From the NCBI RefSeq assembly GCF_001447785.1, contig NW_015167538.1:740511-804510 (forward strand): a stretch of DNA of 64,000 nucleotides, given 5' to 3'. The stretch comes from Gekko japonicus. Its lineage: Eukaryota. The translations under genes and the position numbers were made by a program. Shown one piece after another: positions 50,341-61,426 of this stretch (within the stretch, counting starts at the first letter, position 1; each line of letters starts with the position of its first letter). Under the pieces are notes generated by a model that saw nothing but the letters and a program-made list of their open reading frames with translations, did not search any database and was not told where the DNA came from.

Positions 50341-50859
50341 GGCCTCGGCCACACGGGCAGGAAAATGCGGGGGGGGGGAGGCGTGGCTGTTTGCCCCGGA
50401 GCAAACTAACACGCGACTGCGCGATCAGGCGTCGGGATGAGGTCCCGTCGAGCTCCCGTGGTTAGGGGGGAGGTGCCAATCACACGATGCGGCAAAGAAG
50501 CGGAGCGGTGCGGCAAACGGGGTTCTGTTTTTTTAAAAAAACCCTGAAATGTGCGCATGCTCCGTTGGGTGCTTGTGCGCATCCGTGGAGACTTGGGGAA
50601 AAAAACCGCTTTTTGCGAGGGGACATGGGCGGGCGCCGAAATTACCACCGGAAACGTGATCAGACGCCCGTCCTTGCCCCACGGTTTCTGGAAACTAGTA
50701 CCTCCGAGGTACTAGTTTTTTACCCCGCATCTTCGGCGGGAAGCCTCTGGTGCGCCACGGGAGCTCTACGCTTCCCAGATGTGGCGGTGAGATCGCGCCC
50801 GGAAAATCCACCTATCTTTCGTCTCTCTAGCGTGCCTAATGCTCCGTGTGACCGGGGCC
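50341..50859. mobile_element. PIF/Harbinger-type MITE
   Basis: TIR ggcctcggccacacgg / ccgtgtgaccggggcc; 3-bp TSD cag; same TIR family as 46396-46839. Confidence 0.82.
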
Positions 50860-52553
50860 CAGGATGGGTTTTTTTCCCCATATAATGGAGGAAATGAGAG
50901 AGTTCTTAAGGATAAAGGAGTTTGCTATCCTAAGCCATTAAGACTTTGGACACTTGAAACTTGCAGCCCATTTTAACTTGCATTTACAGGTCAGGCTTTT
51001 CTGTGCCTCAGCAACGGCTTCTCTAAACACTGTGGCTGTCTTTGGTTGCCTTTTCGGCTTCCCATTCCCTCATCTAGAGAGACAGACAGAAAGTGCAAGA
51101 GAGCGGTGTGCACTGCAGATTAATCAGTAGTTTCTTAGGGCTGTGCCTTTTGCCCAGTCCAGAGGCACACGGACCCCTCCACTTAACCCCACCCTTGGGT
51201 TGGGCTTTTCTAGATGTATGCCTCCTAAGAGTTGGTAAACTAGTCACCACTCCTTCTTCCGAGAGGAAAGAAAGCCAGCATGGTGTAGTGGTTTGAGTGT
51301 TGGACTAGGACCTGGGAGGCAAACAAATTAGAAGGCCCTGAAAGTCATCTTGCCCAGGGGCCCAAAAATCTGAAGCCAGCTCTGATTTTGGGGGGGTGGT
51401 ATCATCATCATCATCATCATCATTGCCTCAAACAGGACAGGACAGGGTATGGCCTGTTTCAGGGAAACAGGTATATTGTGCCAGAAATCCCAGTCCGACA
51501 AATCATCAGTCTGCAGAATCCCGACTAAGTGATAGCTAACTCAACAGTGCCACCTACAGTATGAACTCAGATTATCATGCTTACTAATACGATTGTCACA
51601 TGACCACAAAAAGCTGCCTTATGCAGAGTTGATTGGTCCATCCTGCTCTAGGAGCTGAGAAAAGTTCTTCCCAGCAGTACATGCATGAACAGAAGGGTTT
51701 CATGCCTTCTATGGTCCAGCCAGATCAACATTCTAGCTCACCTGCCCACCCTTGTTAAGAATCTGTGACCCAAGAGGGAAATAACTCTATTCACCACATA
51801 TGAGCAGGCAAGAGGGGCAATTTCCAAACCTGGCCTAATGCCCCGCTGGAATTCTGACATGTATACACACAACCCCCAAACCCAGAATAAAATGAAACAA
51901 AAATACAATAAAACAGATCTTCCGACCACAGGTTGGAGAGCAGAGATTTCTGCAACAGCTGTCTGTCTTTCCCAAGGTGTGCTATTTAGTAATATGATAT
52001 TGCGGGGGACCAGATAACCGAAATATGCATTCACTGAGAAACAAAAAATATGGCCTACATCTGTTAGGGTAACAATAAAAATGAATGAAAATGAACACCA
52101 TCCATTTAATTGATCTCCCTGGTGTTTGGCACTCTAGCTTAGAGAACACAAGAGACATGAAACTGACACTGGAACTTTCCAATCATCAGAGTCAAGCAGA
52201 CCATGCAACAGAAGGGATTAAGGGATTGTTTCTGAATGGATGAAGAAAAACAAAGAAAGCCCTGTGTGTTACATCTGTATAAATGGGAATAATCACAAAA
52301 ATAACAAAAGTGAGTCAACCACTTGAGCCAAAAACAAAACCTGTACCTCCCTAACAGGTCAGCCAGTCTGAAAACCACAACATGAATCACAAATGAAGCC
52401 AGAATTAGCCAATGCACTAATGCATCCCCTGAGATAAGAATAGCCCTTACCTCTTTGGGAGTGGAGGCAAGGGGAAAACCAATCCAGCACACTTTGGATG
52501 TCACTCAACTATTAAAATGCTTCAGATCGCATTGCATGGAGGGCTTCTCTTAC

Positions 52554-52561
52554 CTCTTCAT
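52554..52561 (-). CDS. SEPTIN4: 8-nt microexon (ATGAAGAG) of the long SEPT4 isoform, completing D-E-E
   Basis: cccttaaag|ATGAAGAG|gtaaga; converts phase 1 to phase 0 and yields LK-DEE-IKRFL as recalled for the human long isoform. Confidence 0.8.
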
Positions 52562-54889
52562 CTTTAAGGGGCAGGTCCCGGGGAGGAGCCATTCCCAGAG
52601 GGGATGAAGTCAGAGAGAGGAGCAGATAGAAGGCAAAAATCAGAAAGAGATGGAAACCAGTTAGAGTCACACCCCAAACAAGCAATTGATATCAGGGAGG
52701 GCTCAGTCTACTCTCCAAAGCTCCAATCACCAGGGCTGTTCTTGGAGGTCCTATTGTACCCACCAGAACATGTGAGTACCAAGCACCACTTGGACTCCAA
52801 ACACATGCATCCTAATCTATTGAATTATCATGGCTTTTTAAAAGAAGGGGGGTTCCAGTGCATACAGGGAACTCCACAGCCCCTAAGAAGCTTCCCTCTG
52901 TACTGTAACAGAAGCTCCCTGCTTTGTGTGTGTCAGGCGCCATCAAACCACAGCCAGTTTATGGTGCCCCATAGGTTTTTAGAGGCAAGAGATGAACAGA
53001 GGTGGTTTGCTATTGCCTGCCTCCACATAGCAACTCTACGGTTCTTTGGGGGTCTCCGATCCAAATACTAACCAGTGCCAACCCTGCTTAGGTTCCAAGA
53101 TCTGGCTAGCCTGGGCCATCCAAGTCAGGGCCTACAAATGCAAAACTGAAATTCCTCCCTTGAACCTGCTTCCGCAGCCTCTTGATTTTTTAGGGGCAGG
53201 GGTCTTTCATGGATGCCATTGATAAGGTTTCTGATGGCACTTTTAATAAGTGGATGCTTTAAACTTTTTTGCGATCTATATGTTTGTTTTTTAATCTGTT
53301 ACCTGCCTTGGGTAGGGTTGCCTCAGTACATACTAAATGGTGAATGTTGAGTGTTAACCACCTCCACTATTGTAGAAGCCTAATCGGCAGAAAGAGAACA
53401 TATCAGTGGAGCGAATAGAAAACTAGTGGAAGAAGAATTGTTGACACTTTATTTCATTTCACAGCTAAAGAGTATCAGCTATCTGAAGAAGCAGAACATG
53501 AATGCGGAAGTGAAGCCAGACGTGTATAGCTGCTGCTCATGGAAGATGCAGAACCTTTGTCCTCCTGAAGCTGTTTATACAAAGGATTTGTGGACTTCAT
53601 TTGAGTTTTCCCTTTGTATCAAGTACTTTTTGATCTTAGCTCTTTAAGAACATATAAGGGTTTGTGGAACTTGAATAAGGATTTAAAACTGTTTGAATTG
53701 TTTTGTACATTATAATCTTTCTGCTTTTGTTCGTAATTCATTCACGGAGTGTCTTTATATTGATACAGCCTCCAGGTGATGGCTGGAGATCTCCCGCTAG
53801 TACAACTGATCTCCAGGTGACAGAGATCAGTTAACCTGGAGAAAATGTTCCCTTTGGAAGTTGGATTCCATGGCATTATGCCCTGAACCCTGCCTTCCTC
53901 AGGCTCCACCCCCAAAACTCCAGGTATTTTCCAGCCTGGAGCTGGCAACCCTAGCCTTGGATCCCAGTTGACTGGGAGAAAGGCAGGCTTGAGATGGCTT
54001 AAATAAATTGATATACATAAATAGGATGGTTGTATGCATCTGAGTGTAATTAACATTGTACACACAGAAACAGTATGGTCAGTCTGCTCGGTCACAAGCT
54101 TTTGGTCAATTAATTAATCCCAGATAATTAATCAATAAAGCCAGATAATTAATCAATAAAACCAGCTTTTATCTCTTGACCAGCCTCCAAGCAATGAAAC
54201 TGCTTTTTGGGTCTGATATTTTGGGGGGTTAAAATGATCCATCCAGCTGACAAGGTAAAACAAGAAGGCAACAAATAATGACTCCAAAAATTCTAATTAA
54301 AATAAAAGCACAATGTGAGTTCTTGAGGGCTATTTAATATGTGACCTATAATTAAATACCCAGATGCTCGGGAAGCACATCTGGACTAACCTCTTCCCTG
54401 TTAGCAAGCACTTCAGGTATTTATCCTCCATAAAGTTATCTAGGCAACAGTTAAGATAATTCCCTCCCCCTCCTAAGTTTACTTGGAGAAGAAGCACAAC
54501 AGGCAAAAGGACAGTCGATCAAACCACAATGGGATCATTAAAAAGTCTCCCTAACCCTCGATGTCTTTGCTGGTTTATATCTCAGTCCAGGAGTACATAA
54601 TAATAAGGTTTGGCTCATCTATTGCATAAATGTATCTCACAGGTTGGCCGGACTTCAAAGTCATCCATCCCGTCTCTCCCTCCTCCCCCCCCCCCCCCCC
54701 CCCCCAACCAACAAACACTGCAAGAAAGAATCTCAGGAACGGACAAGCCATCAGCCAAGGAGAGTTTAAAGACAAGGTCTGGGGAACGGTGCCATGACCA
54801 AAGCTCAAAGAGGATTTCTCCCCTGCTTCTTAATTTCCCCTACTAGTCTTTCCATAGATTGAACTACACTTTCTACAAGAAACACCCAC

Positions 54890-54934
54890 CTTTAAGGCAC
54901 CAGAGAATGTTGCTGTACATCTCATCGGAGACAC
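54890..54934 (-). CDS. SEPTIN4: C17orf47-like / long SEPT4 exon 2 (GVSDEMYSNILWCLK)
   Basis: Matches human C17orf47 DVSEEMYNRVIWWLK; long pyrimidine tract ttccag|, donor aaag|gtgggt; 45 nt, phase 1-1. Confidence 0.88.
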
Positions 54935-56429
54935 CTGGAACAGAGAAGGGAAGAGAGAGAGAGAGACCCATGAGACACTGCAGTGCAGCACTGCGGGCGC
55001 AGGAGCAGAGCCAGACCACTGTTGTCTGCTCGAGGTATTGGCCAGGATTCTCAGATCAGGATGCAGGCAGGCTACTGGCACTGCTCAGCCTCCGTATCTT
55101 TCTTGGACTACCCTGGCAGGGGTCAAAACAGCCATGGAGTGGACCCCAGCTTGAAAATGGAGGGAAACGTAGCCTCCCTCTGGGCTTTCATCTCCAAAAA
55201 ACCATCTGGATCCTAAAACGACACAGTGATGACCCGACAGCTTCGCTCCAGGGGCCCTTCCTTGTTGGCTGTGGCCCAGCCCACACTTGGCCCTCCTAGG
55301 AGGTAGACTTCAGAGGCTGACCAAGATATTAGGAGGTGGTTAAATGACCAGCGGGGTGGGTTGTTGAATTAATTGGGAGATTTTTTAATAAGAGCAATAA
55401 GGAGGAGTGCCATTTGGATTTCGGATCAATCCTGGTCAGGTCAGATGTCCCAGCATGCTTTGCGCTCTGCAGTTCTTTGCACCTCACGGGCGGGAACTGA
55501 GCCCATTTGTCTGCTGTGAATCTGTTCAATTTCCAGCCAGTTGACATTCTGGAACCGCACAAAGGAGGTGAAACCAACGGCATTAGGTATTTGGGGCAGA
55601 ATGTCTCTGGACATGGAAGTTTCATTGAACTATCATGGCTAGGCAGGGCCATAGCTAACATGGGGCCCCTCCCCCTCCCGAATTCCCACATGCCCTGCAG
55701 CCGAATCCCACATGCCTTCTCCCAGTCCCCTCACACACCCACAGAGCATGTGGCACACAGAGGGAAGCACTGGAAGAAGACGAGGCGGGGAAAATCGGGC
55801 GAAGCCGCGGGTCAAAATGCGGCCATGTGGCTTCGAGTGGGAAATTGACCAATGGAAACGGGGCAAAGGGAGGCGTGACGGCGGCACAGCTCCTTGTGCG
55901 AAATCAGCCCATGCTGTTTTTTTTCTAATGGGGCAAACTGCTGCTCCCCATGGTCATTTCAGATAAGGAAAATAGCTCACAAGGGGGGGGAACCCTCCTC
56001 CTATACACTGTGGTCTCAATCCAAACTGAGATCCAAGCTGCCCCCACTCAGCTCACCGGAACAGCAAGTTTCCAGCAGGGAATCCCCAGCACACATCTAA
56101 TAGAAACATGTCTGGAGGCTCCTCTTCCCCTTATCTACAGACTTTGGGATTTTTAACCTGACTGTCGAATACCATGGAAGAAATGGAATTTGTTCATTCA
56201 ACATTATTCCCATTCATTTTCATCATCCTCATGGACATAATGAGTGGAGCTTTCAGTTATTTCGGAAACAAATTCCTATTGCAAATGCTGTCTTTGCACC
56301 CTTTTTGCCTCACTTTGCTCTGCACTGAACAGGAATTGGACACTTGCAAACACGATGGAGCCTTTCCACTGCTCAGGGAAAACACCCAGCCTATAGCTGG
56401 GAGAGACAACACAGATTCTCATAACATAC

Positions 56430-59304
56430 CCACAAAAAAAGCACTAAACTTCCCTCGGCATGACTTCATCAGGTCTTCAGTCTCGTGGGAGGGACCAGCA
56501 TGTTCTAGCCACTGGCCACCTTGCCCTGGATCTGCAGCTGTGGGCATCTGTTCCGGAGGTGCTTCCAACTTTAGCACATCTTGACATGGGATATCCATCC
56601 TCAAAGAATTCCAAGCAATCTTTGACTCTGCAGGAGAATCCAGCCTTCCTGCTATCTCTCCTGGAGGCTGCAGTGGGCTGATAGGCGTGCACCCCATCAT
56701 GTCCGTAACTGGTGGGTTGCTGGACTTGTGGCCCATGACTTCCTGAGGTGGCAGGCTGCTCAATTGGCTGTGAATCCATTCTGGAGCTGGTGGGCTGGTG
56801 GGCTTTTGCCACATCCATTCTGCAGGTAGAGGGCTGGTGTTTTGCTCTAGAACCAATGGGCTAGTGATCTTTCTGGTTATCTCTTGTGGATCTGGAGGAT
56901 GGGTATCTGTCTCTAGTAAGGACCACCAAGGGGACTGTGGCCCAAACTTAGCTAATGGCCTAGGAGGCATAATACCAGGGGGCAAGGCCACCTCTGTGCA
57001 TGGTGAGGCCCAGAGGCTTACATCTCTGTTTGGATAAAGACAGGGCCTGACAACTGGCTTGACTTCCATGCATGGTGACACAGAGAACAGTTCTGTTTGG
57101 GTTGACATGTTCTTTGAAGAATGGCAAGGCCTGTGGAAGTATTCCTGATTCAGCCCTGATGAAATCCCGAGAGACGTTTCAGTTTTCCTGGACAGTGAGC
57201 CTCTGTGGGGAATTTCAGACCCTAAAGAGAGGGTGTGTGGGCAGGTGTCCTCCATCTCTAGATTGAGAGGGCATCTGTACTCAGATTCACTTTCTGGGTG
57301 AAAAGCAGGCTTGTAGGCTGACCAGTTCTCTTTCTGAAGAGAACCCCTTTGGTTAAGAGGAGGCTCTGTTTGGAGGGAGCTCCTCCTCAACTCAGGCTCT
57401 GTGAGAAGGGAGGCCCTGTGAGCTGGATCAGACCCTTTTTTGAGGGAACCCCTTCTCAGTTCATTATCAGTAGACAGAGACCCTCTGTGAGGTAGTGCAG
57501 TTCCTGGAGAAAATGAATTCTTATGGGTTGCCTCCATCGCCTCATGGAGTGCGCACCTGTACTCAGACTCGCTTTCTGGGTGGAAAGCGGGTCTATATCT
57601 CAGTGTGATCTCCGGCTGAGGAGAAACCTCAATGGTGGCTGCAGGCAAGAGGAAAGTTTTACCAGCCCCCCTGGCTTCTGACTGAAGAGGTGCCTTGGCA
57701 GTTGTTAGCAACTGTGTCTGAGGAGGTTCACTTTTCGCAAAGGACAGCCTATAGATAGGTTCCGTTTGAGTGCATGCATCTTTCAGAACATGTCTGCGGA
57801 TGAGTTTTTGGGTTGGCTGAGGTAAATTTTGCTGCACTGATTCAGTCACCGGCATAAGAGAAGTCTTGGGGGCTTGCAGGAACTCTTTTCTCAGATCAGT
57901 CGTTTGGGTCGATTCATCTTTTGGGTTGGCAATGGGTCTTGTGAAGCGTTTTGTGGATGGCTGAGGGGCATCACGTTGTGGTGAGGATGAAAAAATTAAT
58001 TTGTTCTCCATTTGGGATTTTCCTGGCCTTGGTACCATTTCTGGTCCTGTCTGGTGTTTCTGGCACACTTCTTCCCTCTGGGAATTAAGGCCTTGCTGCA
58101 TTGCCAACAACGTCCGGCTGTGGGGCACTGAAAGCTGCCCTGGCTGGAGAGAATATCTTACACTCCGGTAGACCAGAATCCCTGGGGGTGAGATGTTTCT
58201 GTCTGTTAGCCGTCCTTGTTGAGGACTGTCGCTCTCTCGAGCACTGTGGGAGAGTCCACTCCCTTGCCTCGAGGGGTCACTTTCTCGACGGGACGAAGCA
58301 CTTGAAGGGACATCGCTTCTTCTCGGTGGAGAAGAATTCCGTGAAACGTTGCTCGGTTGCCTTTGGGACGGTGTCTGTGGAAAGTCACTCCCTCTTCGCA
58401 AAGTGGTATCCTGAGGGAGGTTGGCCCCTCGTGGAGAAGAATCTCTTCGAGCAGCCTCACTTCTTCTCTGAGGAGAAGCATTTTGGGAAAGATCACTGGC
58501 TTCCCTCAGAGAAGAAGCACCTTGAGAGAGCTCACTTCCTCTTCGGGAAGAGGTGCTTTGCCTGACTTCGTTTCCTCTCAGGGGTGAGGCACTTCGAACG
58601 CCATCATTTCCCCTCAGAGATGAGCCTCTTTGGGCACTATTTCCTCTTTGAGGTGAACCTCCTCGGCTACTGTCATTTCCTCTTGGGGGTGGGGCGGTTC
58701 TTGGGACCTCGCTTACTCTTGGGACTGAGGTGGGCTGCAAACTCATTCGATGGTGCTGAGTTCCAGTGGGAGATGGGTTGCTATTGGGAGGATCACTGCT
58801 TCTTCTAAAACCATCATTTCCCCTCAGGGATGAGCCTCTTTGAGCACTGTCATTTACCCTTGGAGCTGAACCTCCTCGGCTACTGTCGTTTCCTCTTGGG
58901 GGTGGGGTGGTTCTTGCGACCTCGCTTACTCTTGGGGGTGACGTGGACTGCAAGCTCATTCGATGGTGCTGAGTGCCAGCAGGAGATGGGTTGCTGTTGG
59001 GAGGATCACCGCTTCTTCGAAAACCATCATTTCCCCTCAGGGATGAGCCTCTTTGCGTAGTGTCATTTACTCTTGGAGCTGAACCTCCTCGGCTACTGTC
59101 GTTTCCTCTTGGGGCTGAGGTGGTTCTCTGGACCTCACTTACTCTTGGGAGTGAGGTGGGCTGCATGTTCATTCGATGGTGCTGAGTGCCAGCAGGAAAT
59201 GGGTTGCTTTTGGGAAGATCACTGCTTCTCCGGAATGACGAACTTCTATCGTAGCCCCGTTGGGATGGATGGCTCTGGGACAGCTGGCTTGCTGGTTGGC
59301 CCAT
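56430..59304 (-). CDS. SEPTIN4: C17orf47-like giant coding exon (958 codons) of the long SEPT4 isoform
   Basis: 961-aa ORF; motifs KDACTQTEPI, PPRPLAKFGPQSPWWSLL and KFSAFFV correspond to human C17orf47 KDEAVQTEPI, PPRSLPRYGPDSSWWPLL and RFTAFFL; phase-1 donor gtgg|gtatgt at the homologous position. Confidence 0.88.
58590..59235 (-). repeat. Coding tandem repeat, 213 bp (71 aa) x3
   Basis: aaaaccatcatttcccctcagggatgagcctctttg recurs at 58807 and 59020 (213 bp apart); the protein shows three GTQHHRM units. Confidence 0.95.
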
Positions 59305-59462
59305 GAGCCGAACATTTCACTGGAGTTCTGCAAGACTGCTCTAGAACAACCAGTTTTAAGAGCAGGAGATCTTTGCCCTTCTTAAGGGCTACATTTTCCC
59401 AAGAGCATAGCAGTGGCCTTTCTTGATTCTCTGTGCTCTGCACTGGCCTGGGTCAGCTAGCT

Positions 59463-59507
59463 CCCAATCACAAAGCTGTGATGTCACTCTATTAGACTGT
59501 GACATCA
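59463..59507. promoter_or_regulatory. Candidate promoter of the long isoform: CCAAT box plus two CRE-like sites
   Basis: cccaatca at 59463, TGATGTCA at 59479, TGACATCA at 59500; 160-200 bp upstream of the ATG. Confidence 0.45.
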
Positions 59508-61086
59508 TCAAAACAAACCATTGCAAGCATGTCTGCCCAAAGGCAGCAGGTCAGCTGGCTCCTGAATGCGCAAAACACTAAACTGATTTCCATCTTTAAA
59601 TACCTCAGATACTCCAAAGAATCTGTCAGTTTCCAAGACTTAAAAAGCAGAGCAAGCTTATAGAATGACACTCGAAAGAGATGAAATCTTTTTAACAAAA
59701 TCAATAAAAATAATTAAAATGGTGCTTTGCTTCAACTTAAGAATAGATTTTATTTCGCTCTCTGGCCCATTCTCTCTCTGGCTGAGCCTTCTTTCAGTCA
59801 GCCTTCTTTCATCAGCCACTGACTGCCATACAGGAGCCCTGCAGGGCCAAACCTGCCCTGAAAGGCTGCCTGTATACATTACAACACTTCCACAGCACAG
59901 TGGGGATTTGAACCCAAGTGTTTCACATCCGACTTCATACTAGTGTGAGCCAGACCTGAGTGGTGGAGAAGGTAACTGGGCCAGAGCCATAGACTGTGTC
60001 CACAACAGTGGGAAGACTCTAAATAAAAGCCTCCAAGATTTGTTTGCAACCAACACTGGCTCTGCCTCATCATTTTGCACTGCACAAACTCATCCATCAT
60101 CAACAGCTGAAGATGAAAAGTGTGCTGTCTTTAAAGATTATACCTTCAAATGCATCAATAGCATTTGCAACAACCCTGTCAGTTGGCCAGACCTGTTTTC
60201 TCTTCTTGGAAGGGAGACTGAGGGTTGAGGGAAGCATGCCTGAAAACACCTGGTGAATTCACAGTGCAGGTGCCAATCCTGGCTTGGGAAGTTCCCGGAG
60301 ATTTGAGGGCACTTCCTAAGGAGAACAGAGTTGCGGGGGGAGAATAGAGCTCAGCAGGGATGTGATATCACTCTCTGGGACTTCAATTTATTCTAGACTC
60401 TATGGTACCCATACAGTCCGCCCACTGAAGCTACCATGTCCTCCTGGTGGCATAGGCATTTATCTCTGTAGTCTAGAGAGGAGCAGTAATTTCAGGAGAA
60501 CTCCAGAGAGCACCTTGAGGTTGGCAACATTCATTCACAGTTGCAGTGAGTCTTGAACCAGGGATTCAACCATTGACACTCTCTTTGCTACTACCATTCA
60601 TAATTTGGCTCCTGGCTTGGGTACTCCTAAAAGCAGTCAAAGGTGGAATTATTCTGCATATGCTCTGGGGCATTCTTCTTTCTTACACATGCCCACATTT
60701 GTCACAAAGTTTTTCCATATGCTGCTAAACTACCACGTTACAACTCTAACCCACTGCAATGCTCAGAAAAGACAGGATAAAATTTCTCCGTCCTCAGATT
60801 CATAAGAACATCAGAAGAGCCCTGCTGGGTCAGACCAGTTGGCCATCTTTTCCAGCCTCCTGTTTCCCATTGTGGCCAACCAGGTATCTCTCAGCAACTG
60901 AGATAACAGAGATATACATACTACTTCACATGAGCCATTCTGACAGATAGATGTTGAAGACTGTATCCAAGTTGAAATAAGACCAAAGATCCCATCTATC
61001 CCAGCATCCAGTTTCCCACAGGGACCAAACAGATGCCTTCCAAGAGGGCCTGCCAGTACACCTCTCCTCCATGAAGCCCTCGAATC

Positions 61087-61426
61087 CAGGGGTCATGTCG
61101 TAGAAAAAGCTAGGGGAACTAATTAGCATAACTCATTAGCATATGCCACACCCCCTGACATCAGGGGCCCGGCGGTGGACCTGCAAGGCCGGCGGGAGTG
61201 CAAGGAAGCCCCGCCAAGGCCCTCCCTGGCCCCAGGCAGGCAGGGGTGGGGAGAGGCAGGGAGGAAGCAACTTACCCTCCCTCTTCTCCTGCCTCCTCCT
61301 GGCTGAATAAGGGCCGGAAGCAGGGCGGCCAGAAGAAGGGGGCGTGGCTTCATCATGTGCCCCGCCCCCCTGCACCTCACCCGGGGGAACTGCGTTCCCC
61401 CACGATCCCCCCCGAAATGACCTCTG
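61087..61426. mobile_element. hAT-type MITE, family A
   Basis: TIR caggggtcatgtc / gaaatgacctctg; TSD ctcgaatc/ctcaaatc. Confidence 0.9.
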
